Shown here in pieces: positions 1-7,691 of a stretch of 64,000 nt of DNA (position 1 is its first letter; every line of letters begins with the position of its first letter). Made by a program: the position numbers and the translations under genes. The DNA comes from Anaerolineales bacterium UBA2200. Its GTDB lineage: Bacteria > Chloroflexota > Anaerolineae > UBA2200. Under the pieces are notes generated by a model. That model ran no database searches, was not told where the DNA came from, and was given only the letters and a program-made list of their open reading frames with translations. The stretch lies in NCBI GenBank assembly GCA_002327925.1, contig DCVA01000036.1:3811-67810 (forward strand), given 5' to 3'.

Positions 1-3000
1 TGGTGCTGTCGCTGCCCTTCATCAGCACCACCGACACAAACACGTTGGGCGTGAACTCGGACAGGAGCGGCAGTTCGATTTGCTGGCTGTTGCTGGTCAG
101 GGTTAGCAGGCGATGATCCATGATGTGCCCGCGCTCGATGGTCAGTAGAGCGGACACCACTCCCTGGAATGGCGAAGGAATCAGGAGCCTGGCTGTGTCT
201 CCCGGGGAGTAGCTCTTCTTATCGAGGACGAGCTCGATGCGGTCGTTGTTCTCCTGGCGCCAGGGGACGTATTCGCGGCTGCTCACCCAGATGTAGGTCG
301 AGGTGCGCACTTCGTTCTCACGAGAATCCCGGGCGTAAGCGCGCACACGATAGGAGCCACCCTTCTCGGGCGTGAGTAGGGCGAGAGACCTGCCGTCGTC
401 CGCGGTAGTGACCGTGGTGGTCGCCACAGGCGTTTCCTGCAGCTGCCACTCCCAATAGAAGCCACCCTCTCTCGCCTCTACCTGCACATTGTACCAGTTC
501 TGCGCCAGCAAAATCACGGTCACGGGGACGCCAGGCACGAGAGTGCCTTTGGCATCGACGGTGACTACGTGCAGCTTGGTCTGGCCGCCGGCAGTGCCGA
601 TGTACTCGTCCGGCCGCAACCCCACATAGAACAAGCCCTTATGGATGATGACGCTGGTACGAGAGCTGACCTCCTGATTGGTCGGATCGACGATTGTCGC
701 TTCCAGCGTCCAGATCTGACTGTTCCTGAATGCGGCGATGTTGACCGGAACCTTCACGGCGAATCTTCCGCTGCTATCGGTCAGGCCCTGCCCGCTGGTC
801 ACCACAGAGCCGTAGATCGTTTCCTTGCCGCGCGATTGCCAGTCCATGTCCGCAAAGTCGTAATACTCGTCCCCCGACCAGATGAAGTAATAGTCCTGGC
901 TCATCACGCGCCAGGTAACCGCCGCGTTGGCCACAGGGCCGCCAAAGTAGTAGCTGGCATCCACCGTGACGGTCGCGCTGTCGCCCTGTGTGTACTCCGG
1001 TTGGTCCGTGCTGACCGAAACAACGTACTCGGGCTTGCGGTATTCGGCCACCTGGAAACCGCTGCCGTATGCCCTGCCTGCCAGTTCGATTGTGAGCGAG
1101 TAGTCGCCCAGGCTGGCCTCTGCTCCGAGCTCTAGTTGGCCTGAAGCCGTGCCCATTTCGTTAAGCGGCAGAGCCGTTCGGTATAGCTCTCGGCCCTGGT
1201 TGTCGTTGACGATCACCTCAACGGAGCGCTGATCCGAGGGAAGGTTGTATCGCCCGTCGTCATCGGCGCGAACGACGACCTTGAAGTACACAACCTGCCC
1301 CGGCCGGTAGATGGCACGGTCCGTGTACACGTGGGTTCGGTAGGGCTCGATCCCCGAATCATAGGGCAGGCCGAACTGCCAGGGCCAGATGCCCTCTGCC
1401 AACTCCGTCGAGGCAAAAGCAGAAGCTTCCATCGTGCCCGCGAAGGCCATCACCTGCGACCACGGATTCATCTCGGCCGTGTTCTGCAGGGGCGAGAAGA
1501 AGACACCATCATTGTCTGCCTTCCCCAAAGCCAGAACCTGAGCCTGAGGACCGAAAAGCACGACATCGATACCCGGCAGGGGGCGCCCACTCTGGAGGTC
1601 GGTCACCCAGACAAGGGCCTCGGTGGTGGTGGTCTTGAGCGTCACGGCTGCGTGAGTCACCACGAGGAGGTGCCTCATCGCGTTCTTGACACTCGGGGCA
1701 GTCATCTCCAGGTAGTAGAAGCCGGGGCTCAGGGGGCTGGCGCCATCCTCCGCCAAGGGCAGGCGAGTGGTGGCCGTTTGGTTGAGCACATTCGGCAGCG
1801 ACGCTACCCAGCTCCTCACCAGACCGCCAACTGCGGGCCTGCAGTCCTGCCAGCGTTCCCACCACTCCTCACCATTGAGCAATAGGAACTCGGCGCGTTG
1901 CAGGCGGTAGAGCCGCAGACTGAGCTCGGCCACGTTGACGTGCTGCACGGCCACTACGGTGCTCGTGTAGGCATTGTATGTGCCGACCCGGTCTAGCCTG
2001 GACCAGGCAGACGGGTCCAGGGCACGTGTGGTGAACGTCACTCGAGTGGCGCGCCCCAGGCGATGGCCGTAGCGGCCCGTGGCTGCTGCGCCAACCTCGA
2101 ACGAGTAGGTGCTCGATGGCCTGGAGCCGAAACTGACCGTCAGCCGGGTGTCGGAATCCCACCAGTAGGTGTCTGTCTCGGCGGGACGGGGTTCAATCAC
2201 CAGATTGCTGACTACCGATTCCCTGTTCATCGGGCTGCCAAAGTTGATCTCTATGGTGGTGTAGGGCTCTGCGGTCACTGAGCCATCGCCGGGGCTGGTC
2301 GAGACGACTCTCGGCAGATCCACAGTCCGGAATCTCCAGATGAAGGCGCTACTCGTCCCCAGACCACCTGCCGCTGCCCTGACGCCTTGACCCACCCGAA
2401 CCACGTACTCGGTTCCGAGAAGCAAGGGAGTTGCCGGCTCGAGTACGACAGTGCGGCCGTCGACCCGGTACAGGCAGGGCACTGCACCTTCGCGGTCCGC
2501 GAGCTCAAGGGTTACGAGGCGCTTGAGTGAGGCCGAATCCATCACCATGTTGAAGGTGACGCTGATCGCAGGGGACGGGCCGATAGAGGCGTCCGGGTCG
2601 CTGGTCGTGACCCGCACTACCTGAGGAAGCTCGGTGGTAAAGCTCCACTCGTACGGTTCTGGCAGAATCACCTCACTCACAGCGGTGATCTGGTCAGGAT
2701 CGACGGTGATGTTGTGGACTGTGCCAGGCAGGAGCGGCGACGATGGGCGAAAGACAAAGGTCGAAGTGTTGAGCCACGCTCCTGTGCCCTGTACCGGAGG
2801 GGAGAAACGCAGGGGCTGGCGCAGTGCCAGGCCCGTCTGGCCCTCGATATCCGTGAGCGGCACCACGGCACGATTGAACATAACGGTGATGAGGGCATCG
2901 ATCGGCGCGTCGAGGGTGCCCGGGGCGGGCTGCACGCTGAGCACTTCCAGATAGCCCAGTGTCTTGAAATCGAACACATAGTTGTCCATCAGTGGAAGGC

Positions 3001-3376
3001 CAGACACGCTCTTGGCCTCCTGGCCTAGCGAGACCCGGTAGCGCGTGGCACGGGCAAAGCCATCTCCTGAGGGCGCAAAGGAGAGACGATTCCCCTCCCA
3101 GCTAAACGTCCCTTCAACGGGAGGCGATACAGCAAAGGCCGCTTCAACCGCATGCCGGTCCATCGGCTGGTCGAATGTGATCTGAACAGGGGAACGCACC
3201 CCCTGCTCCTGACCACGCTGTGGGGCACGTGTGACAACGACGGGCGGTTGTGCGGGCATCGGGGTAATAGTCGGTGCAGGTGTCAGCGCCGGCGTTGGCT
3301 GTGTGTTGCACGAGGTCGCAAGCAAGACGAACAGCAGGGCCAAGAGAGCCCTGGGGCTGACTCGACTGGTTGGCAT
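1..3376 (-). CDS. Bacterial alpha-2-macroglobulin family lipoprotein (N-terminal Ig-like repeats + MG domains), truncated by the left window edge
   Basis: Absent from the ORF track (no stop in window). ATG at 3376 with AGGGAGGT SD; lipobox LLATSC; repeated ITF(D/N)xxM Ig-like units; YFGGPVANAAVTW and EFTPNVFVSVVLMKG (in frame with the start) are typical of bacterial A2M. Thioester region would lie outside the window. Confidence 0.85.
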   Translation of the reverse strand, partial: MPTSRVSPRALLALLFVLLATSCNTQPTPALTPAPTITPMPAQPPVVVTRAPQRGQEQGVRSPVQITFDQPMDRHAVEAAFAVSPPVEGTFSWEGNRLSFAPSGDGFARATRYRVSLGQEAKSVSGLPLMDNYVFDFKTLGYLEVLSVQPAPGTLDAPIDALITVMFNRAVVPLTDIEGQTGLALRQPLRFSPPVQGTGAWLNTSTFVFRPSSPLLPGTVHNITVDPDQITAVSEVILPEPYEWSFTTELPQVVRVTTSDPDASIGPSPAISVTFNMVMDSASLKRLVTLELADREGAVPCLYRVDGRTVVLEPATPLLLGTEYVVRVGQGVRAAAGGLGTSSAFIWRFRTVDLPRVVSTSPGDGSVTAEPYTTIEINFGSPMNRESVVSNLVIEPRPAETDTYWWDSDTRLTVSFGSRPSSTYSFEVGAAATGRYGHRLGRATRVTFTTRALDPSAWSRLDRVGTYNAYTSTVVAVQHVNVAELSLRLYRLQRAEFLLLNGEEWWERWQDCRPAVGGLVRSWVASLPNVLNQTATTRLPLAEDGASPLSPGFYYLEMTAPSVKNAMRHLLVVTHAAVTLKTTTTEALVWVTDLQSGRPLPGIDVVLFGPQAQVLALGKADNDGVFFSPLQNTAEMNPWSQVMAFAGTMEASAFASTELAEGIWPWQFGLPYDSGIEPYRTHVYTDRAIYRPGQVVYFKVVVRADDDGRYNLPSDQRSVEVIVNDNQGRELYRTALPLNEMGTASGQLELGAEASLGDYSLTIELAGRAYGSGFQVAEYRKPEYVVSVSTDQPEYTQGDSATVTVDASYYFGGPVANAAVTWRVMSQDYYFIWSGDEYYDFADMDWQSRGKETIYGSVVTSGQGLTDSSGRFAVKVPVNIAAFRNSQIWTLEATIVDPTNQEVSSRTSVIIHKGLFYVGLRPDEYIGTAGGQTKLHVVTVDAKGTLVPGVPVTVILLAQNWYNVQVEAREGGFYWEWQLQETPVATTTVTTADDGRSLALLTPEKGGSYRVRAYARDSRENEVRTSTYIWVSSREYVPWRQENNDRIELVLDKKSYSPGDTARLLIPSPFQGVVSALLTIERGHIMDHRLLTLTSNSQQIELPLLSEFTPNVFVSVVLMKGSDST

Positions 3377-3446
3377 GGTGACACCTCCCTCGCTGGGTAC
3401 AATCGACGCTGGAGATTAGACGCCGCAGAACAGCAGGCAGTTCCCC

Positions 3447-4214
3447 CTAGACCGGATTGAGCTGGTGGATGATGCGCAGACCATCGAGAGTGAGCCACGG
3501 ATCGAGGGCGTTGATCTCTGGAGTCAAGGGCGCCAGGACGCGGCTGTAGCCGCCCGTCGCGACGACATGTACTTCGCCTCCCAGCTCTGTCTTCATCCTG
3601 CGCAACAGGCCTTCAACCAGACCGATGTGACCCAGGATGAGACCGGATTGCATCGAGTGGATCGTGTTTGTGCCAATGGCCCGCGGTGGGGGAGTGAGTC
3701 CAACCCGCGGGAGTTGTGAGGTTGCGCTCGACAATGCCTCGGCGGCGACCCCCAGCCCGACCGCGATAGCAACCCCTCGAAAGTCGCCCCCTGCGCCGAC
3801 AGCGCTGAAGGTGGTCGCCGTGCCAAAGTCGACCACGATGCAGGCTCCGCGACAACGGTGATAGGCGGCCACGGCGTCGGCCAGCAGGTCCGCTCCCAGC
3901 TCGTGGGGATTGTCAATCCTTATCTGCAAACCCGTGTGGACGTCGGGGCCCACCTGCAACAGATTGACGTCTACATAACTCTTAAAGACCTCGTTGAAGA
4001 TGGTGGTCAGGGGAGGCACGACGCTGGCCAGCACGATGCGATCCACGGAGCCGAGCTCGAAGCCGCCATCACGCAGCAGAGACTTGAGCAGCACAGCGTA
4101 CTCGTCAGGCATCTGGTTGCGGATGGTCCGCACGCGCCAGTGAGCTAGCCAATCTTGCCCGTCGGACAGGCCGAAGACGATGTTGCTGTTCCCCACGTTG
4201 ACGCAGAGTAACAT
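3447..4214 (-). CDS. coaX: Type III pantothenate kinase (variant motifs)
   Basis: ATG 4214 after AGGAGGGA; NVGNSN, ASVVP, ELGAD, VVDFGTATT, IGTNT, VATGG, LTLDGL motifs; next to a PanT-like ECF transporter. Confidence 0.92.
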   Translation of the reverse strand: MLLCVNVGNSNIVFGLSDGQDWLAHWRVRTIRNQMPDEYAVLLKSLLRDGGFELGSVDRIVLASVVPPLTTIFNEVFKSYVDVNLLQVGPDVHTGLQIRIDNPHELGADLLADAVAAYHRCRGACIVVDFGTATTFSAVGAGGDFRGVAIAVGLGVAAEALSSATSQLPRVGLTPPPRAIGTNTIHSMQSGLILGHIGLVEGLLRRMKTELGGEVHVVATGGYSRVLAPLTPEINALDPWLTLDGLRIIHQLNPV

Positions 4215-4296
4215 GATCCCTCCTGAACCAGGCTGCTGGATGACGTTTGCAGGGCAACGGGAGAGCAGGCAGCCAGGTGATTGTTGCCGCAAATGC

Positions 4297-4325
4297 TTGC
4301 CAAATCCCCGGAACTATGATAGCAT
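4297..4325 (+). promoter_or_regulatory. Sigma70-type promoter for the ECF operon
   Basis: TTGCCA-N17-TAGCAT with extended -10 TG (TGaTAGCAT). Confidence 0.6.
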
Positions 4326-4369
4326 AGCTTCGCTGAGGCAAGGCCCCGGACTGCGACTGACCACGAGAT

Positions 4370-4398
4370 ATTCTAGTTTCTTTTGGCCATGCCGTCAA
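4370..4398 (-). promoter_or_regulatory. Sigma70-type promoter for coaX (and possibly A2M)
   Basis: TTGACG-N17-TAGAAT on the minus strand. Confidence 0.7.
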
Positions 4399-4437
4399 GG
4401 ATTCGCCGTGTGGTTGCTGGCCTCATCAGGAGAAACC

Positions 4438-5298
4438 ATGGCGGACCCGATCATCCGAGTGCAGGGAGTCACCTTCGCTTATAGCCCCGAGTCCGTCGAC
4501 GCCATTCTGGCACTGCAGGATATCAACCTGGACATCTACCCCGGCGACTATGTGGTGATCGTCGGTCACAACGGCTCAGGCAAATCCACTCTGGCCAAGC
4601 ATCTGAATGCCCTGCTCCAGCCAACGACAGGCGATGTCTGGGTCGAGCAGAACAACACGCGTGACCCAGCTCAGACCCTGGCCATTCGCTCTACCGTTGG
4701 CATGGTCTTCCAGGTTCCGGACAATCAGATCGTGGCAACGGTGGTAGAGGAGGACGTCGCCTTCGGCCCTGAAAATCTAGGGTTTCCCCGCGAGGAAATC
4801 CGGGAGCGGGTTGACAGGGCACTGGAAGTGGTCGGTCTGACGGAAGAGCGTCTCAGGCCACCGCACCTGCTCTCAGCGGGACAGAAGCAGCGGGTGGCCA
4901 TTGCAGGCGTGATTGCCATGCGGCCGAAGGTCCTGGTGTTAGACGAAGCGACTGCCTACCTGGACCCGCTAGGCCGCGAGCAGGTGCTGGGCGCCGTGCG
5001 CAGACTGAATCAGGACGGCATCACGGTTGTCTCGATCACGCACTTTATGCATGAAGCTGTGGCGGGAAACCGTGTGCTGGTGATGGAAAAGTCGCGCATT
5101 GTGATGGATGGCAGCCCGCGAAAGATCTTTGCCCAGGCGGAGCGATTGCGCGAGCTTCAGCTCGACGTGCCGCAACCCACGGATCTGGCGAACCGTCTGC
5201 ACGGGCGACTTGAAGCTTTTCCGGGAGACCTGCTCAGCGTTGCTGAGGCTGTCGACACGATCACCGAATTCGCTCTGCGCGGGAACGCCCGAGAATGA
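4438..5298 (+). CDS. ecfA1: ECF transporter ATPase A
   Basis: ATG 4438 after AGGAG; GHNGSGKST, VFQVPDNQ, EEDVAFGPEN, LSAGQKQR, LDEAT, TH switch. Confidence 0.93.
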   Translation: MADPIIRVQGVTFAYSPESVDAILALQDINLDIYPGDYVVIVGHNGSGKSTLAKHLNALLQPTTGDVWVEQNNTRDPAQTLAIRSTVGMVFQVPDNQIVATVVEEDVAFGPENLGFPREEIRERVDRALEVVGLTEERLRPPHLLSAGQKQRVAIAGVIAMRPKVLVLDEATAYLDPLGREQVLGAVRRLNQDGITVVSITHFMHEAVAGNRVLVMEKSRIVMDGSPRKIFAQAERLRELQLDVPQPTDLANRLHGRLEAFPGDLLSVAEAVDTITEFALRGNARE

Positions 5299-6224
5299 GT
5301 GAGACAGACCTCTCGATCCAGGACCGTGTCTGCTCGAGCGCAGAAAGGGGTCCGTCGCCCCCCCCCCAGACGCTGATCAGGCTCACGAACCTGGAGCACA
5401 CCTATCTCAAAGGGACTCCGCTGCAGGTCCCTGGCCTCCGCGGAGTCAGTCTCTCGGTGGATCGAGGTGAGGCCCTAGGCATCATCGGCCGCTCCGGTTC
5501 GGGCAAATCGACCACCGTGCAGCACTTTAACGGACTGCTGCGGCCGGAGAAGCCAGGCCAGGTCGAGATCCTGGGGCAGGATATGGCTGATCGCTCGGTC
5601 GACGTACGGCTGATCCGCCAGAAGGTGGGCCTGGTGTTCCAGTACCCTGAGGCTCAGCTGTTTGAACGCCTGGTGGGAGACGACGTCGCGTTTGGCCCCC
5701 TGAAGATGGGGCTGACGCTGGAAGAGGCGCGTGAACGTGTGAGATGGGCGATGGACTCTGTCGGCCTGCCCTTTAGCGAGTTCAAGGATCGATTCACGTT
5801 CTCCCTGAGCGGGGGAGAGATGCGCAAGGCAGCCATCGCAGGGGTGCTCGCGCTCAAGCCCGAAGTGCTGGTTCTGGACGAGTCAACTTCCGGGCTGGAT
5901 CCACGCGGCCGCCGGGAGTTGCTGTCGCTGATCCGGCGATGGAAGGAAGACGATGGGCTGACCATCGTCTTTATCTCCTCGAACATGGAGGATCTCGCCG
6001 CTCTGGTCGACCGAGTCTGCGTGCTGGACGGGGGACGGAGCGTGATGGAGGGCACAGTGCGAGACGTATTCTCCCGTCCAGGAGAGCTTCAGGCATTCGG
6101 GTTGAATGTGCCGCAGATTACCGAAATACTGGTCGGCCTGAAGGACCGCGAGCTGGACGTGGACCCGCGGTGCACGGATGTCGCCGAGGCAGAGGAGCAG
6201 GTGTGGAGGATTTTGAGTACCTGA
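5295..6224 (+). CDS. ecfA2: ECF transporter ATPase A'
   Basis: GRSGSGKST, VFQYPEAQLF, DVAFGP, LSGGEMRK, LDEST; ATGA overlap with ecfA1. Confidence 0.93.
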   Translation: MSETDLSIQDRVCSSAERGPSPPPQTLIRLTNLEHTYLKGTPLQVPGLRGVSLSVDRGEALGIIGRSGSGKSTTVQHFNGLLRPEKPGQVEILGQDMADRSVDVRLIRQKVGLVFQYPEAQLFERLVGDDVAFGPLKMGLTLEEARERVRWAMDSVGLPFSEFKDRFTFSLSGGEMRKAAIAGVLALKPEVLVLDESTSGLDPRGRRELLSLIRRWKEDDGLTIVFISSNMEDLAALVDRVCVLDGGRSVMEGTVRDVFSRPGELQAFGLNVPQITEILVGLKDRELDVDPRCTDVAEAEEQVWRILST

Positions 6225-7060
6225 GGCACGTGACCATCGGCCAGTACTTGCCGGGAAGTTCGATGGTGCACAGGCTCGACCCGCGCACCAAGATGGTGGT
6301 GCTGGTTCTAATCGCTGCCGCCATCACTCTGAACATGTCCTATACCGCCAACATCATCCTGTTGGCGATCAGTGTGCTGTATGTCCAGCTGGCCAGAGTG
6401 CCCCTTGGCTACATCCTGGGCGGGGTAAAGCCCGTGTTGCCCTTCATCGCCTTCCTGGCAGCCATGCAGCTGCTGTTCTACGGCAACCAGTTCATCGGCC
6501 CGAACATGCCCAACATCGTGCTATGGCAGTGGGGCATCATCCACGTGACTACGGGTAGCGTTCAACTGGTGATCATATCGATCTTGCGCTTCCTTCAGCT
6601 CCTGCTCCTGGCCAGCCTCCTCACCAACACCACGACGACCACCGAACTCACCCACGGGATGGAGAGCCTGCTGAGGCCCCTCGGTCGCCTGGGAGTCCCG
6701 GCTCACGAGCTCTCCCTGGTGGGTACGATCGCGCTGCGCTTTGTGCCGATCCTTGCCGAGCAGCTCGAGATGATCGTCAAGGCGCAGGCATCGCGCGGGG
6801 CAGAGACCGTCTCGAAGGGGCCATTCCATTTCCTGCAGGCTGCCCGCCAGCTCGCTGTATTGGTGGTGCCGTTGTTCATGGATGCCTTCCGCCGGGCTGA
6901 GGATCTGATACTGGCGATGCAGGCACGGTGTTACGTCGGGGGCAAGAACCGCACGAATCTGATCGAGCTGCACCTGGGACGCGCAGACTATCGCGCTATC
7001 GGCATCAATCTGGTTCTGGTCGTTCTCCTGATCGCTGCACGCAATCGTTTCCTGTTCTAG
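6203..7060 (+). CDS. ecfT: ECF transporter transmembrane T component
   Basis: GTG 6203 after GAGGAG; IGQYLPGSS..HRLDPRTK, IALRFVP, AQASRG and AMQARCY coupling motifs. Confidence 0.93.
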   Translation: MEDFEYLRHVTIGQYLPGSSMVHRLDPRTKMVVLVLIAAAITLNMSYTANIILLAISVLYVQLARVPLGYILGGVKPVLPFIAFLAAMQLLFYGNQFIGPNMPNIVLWQWGIIHVTTGSVQLVIISILRFLQLLLLASLLTNTTTTTELTHGMESLLRPLGRLGVPAHELSLVGTIALRFVPILAEQLEMIVKAQASRGAETVSKGPFHFLQAARQLAVLVVPLFMDAFRRAEDLILAMQARCYVGGKNRTNLIELHLGRADYRAIGINLVLVVLLIAARNRFLF

Positions 7061-7130
7061 CTGGGTCCTGGGGTGGTACGCTGAATTCAACTCGCAAAAT
7101 GCCCCGCTGGGGCGACGAAAGGGGGATCTG

Positions 7131-7676
7131 GTGACTCATCGCACTTTTGGCGAACGCACGATCGTTGTGGCCGGGATCCTGGGAGCCATCGTTATCTTGC
7201 TTGGGGCAACCCGGCTCGGCTTCGTTGCCGTCCCGACGCCGCTGGGCGATGCCACAATCATGCATCTTCCGGTGATCATCGGTGGCATCCTCGAAGGACC
7301 TGTGGTTGGCGTCATCCTCGGTGCGCTGTTCGGCATCTTCAGCTTCCTTCAGGTGGGGTCGCCGATCTTCAAGGACCCACTTGTCTCCATCCTGCCGCGC
7401 CTCTTCATTGGGATCACTGCCTACCTGGCCTACGCGACCTTTCGGAGGGTGAGCGAATACGCTGCGCTGATCGTGGCCGCCGTGGTGGGTACACTCACGA
7501 ACACGATCCTCGTCCTAGGCGTGGCCGTGCTGCGAGGATACCTGACGTCAGAGGCGGCGGTGGGCTATGGCATCGCCGCAGCTGTGCCCGAGGCGATTCT
7601 TGCCGTCATCGTCGTGGTGGCAGTGATCACGGCGTGGAAGCGAATCGAGACAGGTCGAGGGAAATCCAGGGTCTAG
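7131..7676 (+). CDS. panT: ECF transporter S component, PanT-like (pantothenate/CoA precursor)
   Basis: Hydrophobic 181 aa; ATIMHLPVIIGGILEGP..G..LG..FG, DPLVSILPRLFIG, GTLTNT; coaX context. Confidence 0.75.
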   Translation: MTHRTFGERTIVVAGILGAIVILLGATRLGFVAVPTPLGDATIMHLPVIIGGILEGPVVGVILGALFGIFSFLQVGSPIFKDPLVSILPRLFIGITAYLAYATFRRVSEYAALIVAAVVGTLTNTILVLGVAVLRGYLTSEAAVGYGIAAAVPEAILAVIVVVAVITAWKRIETGRGKSRV

Positions 7677-7691
7677 GCCAGGCACCGAGGC

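Noticed and set aside
4215-4437. Rfam pan RNA motif
   Set aside because: Context fits, but I could not match the stems to the motif by eye; kept only as an unassigned structured leader.
4438-6224. ECF ATPases as the missing ATPases of the OppB/C module
   Set aside because: They have ECF-type motifs and their own EcfT; ECF ATPases couple through EcfT helices, not EAA-loop permeases.
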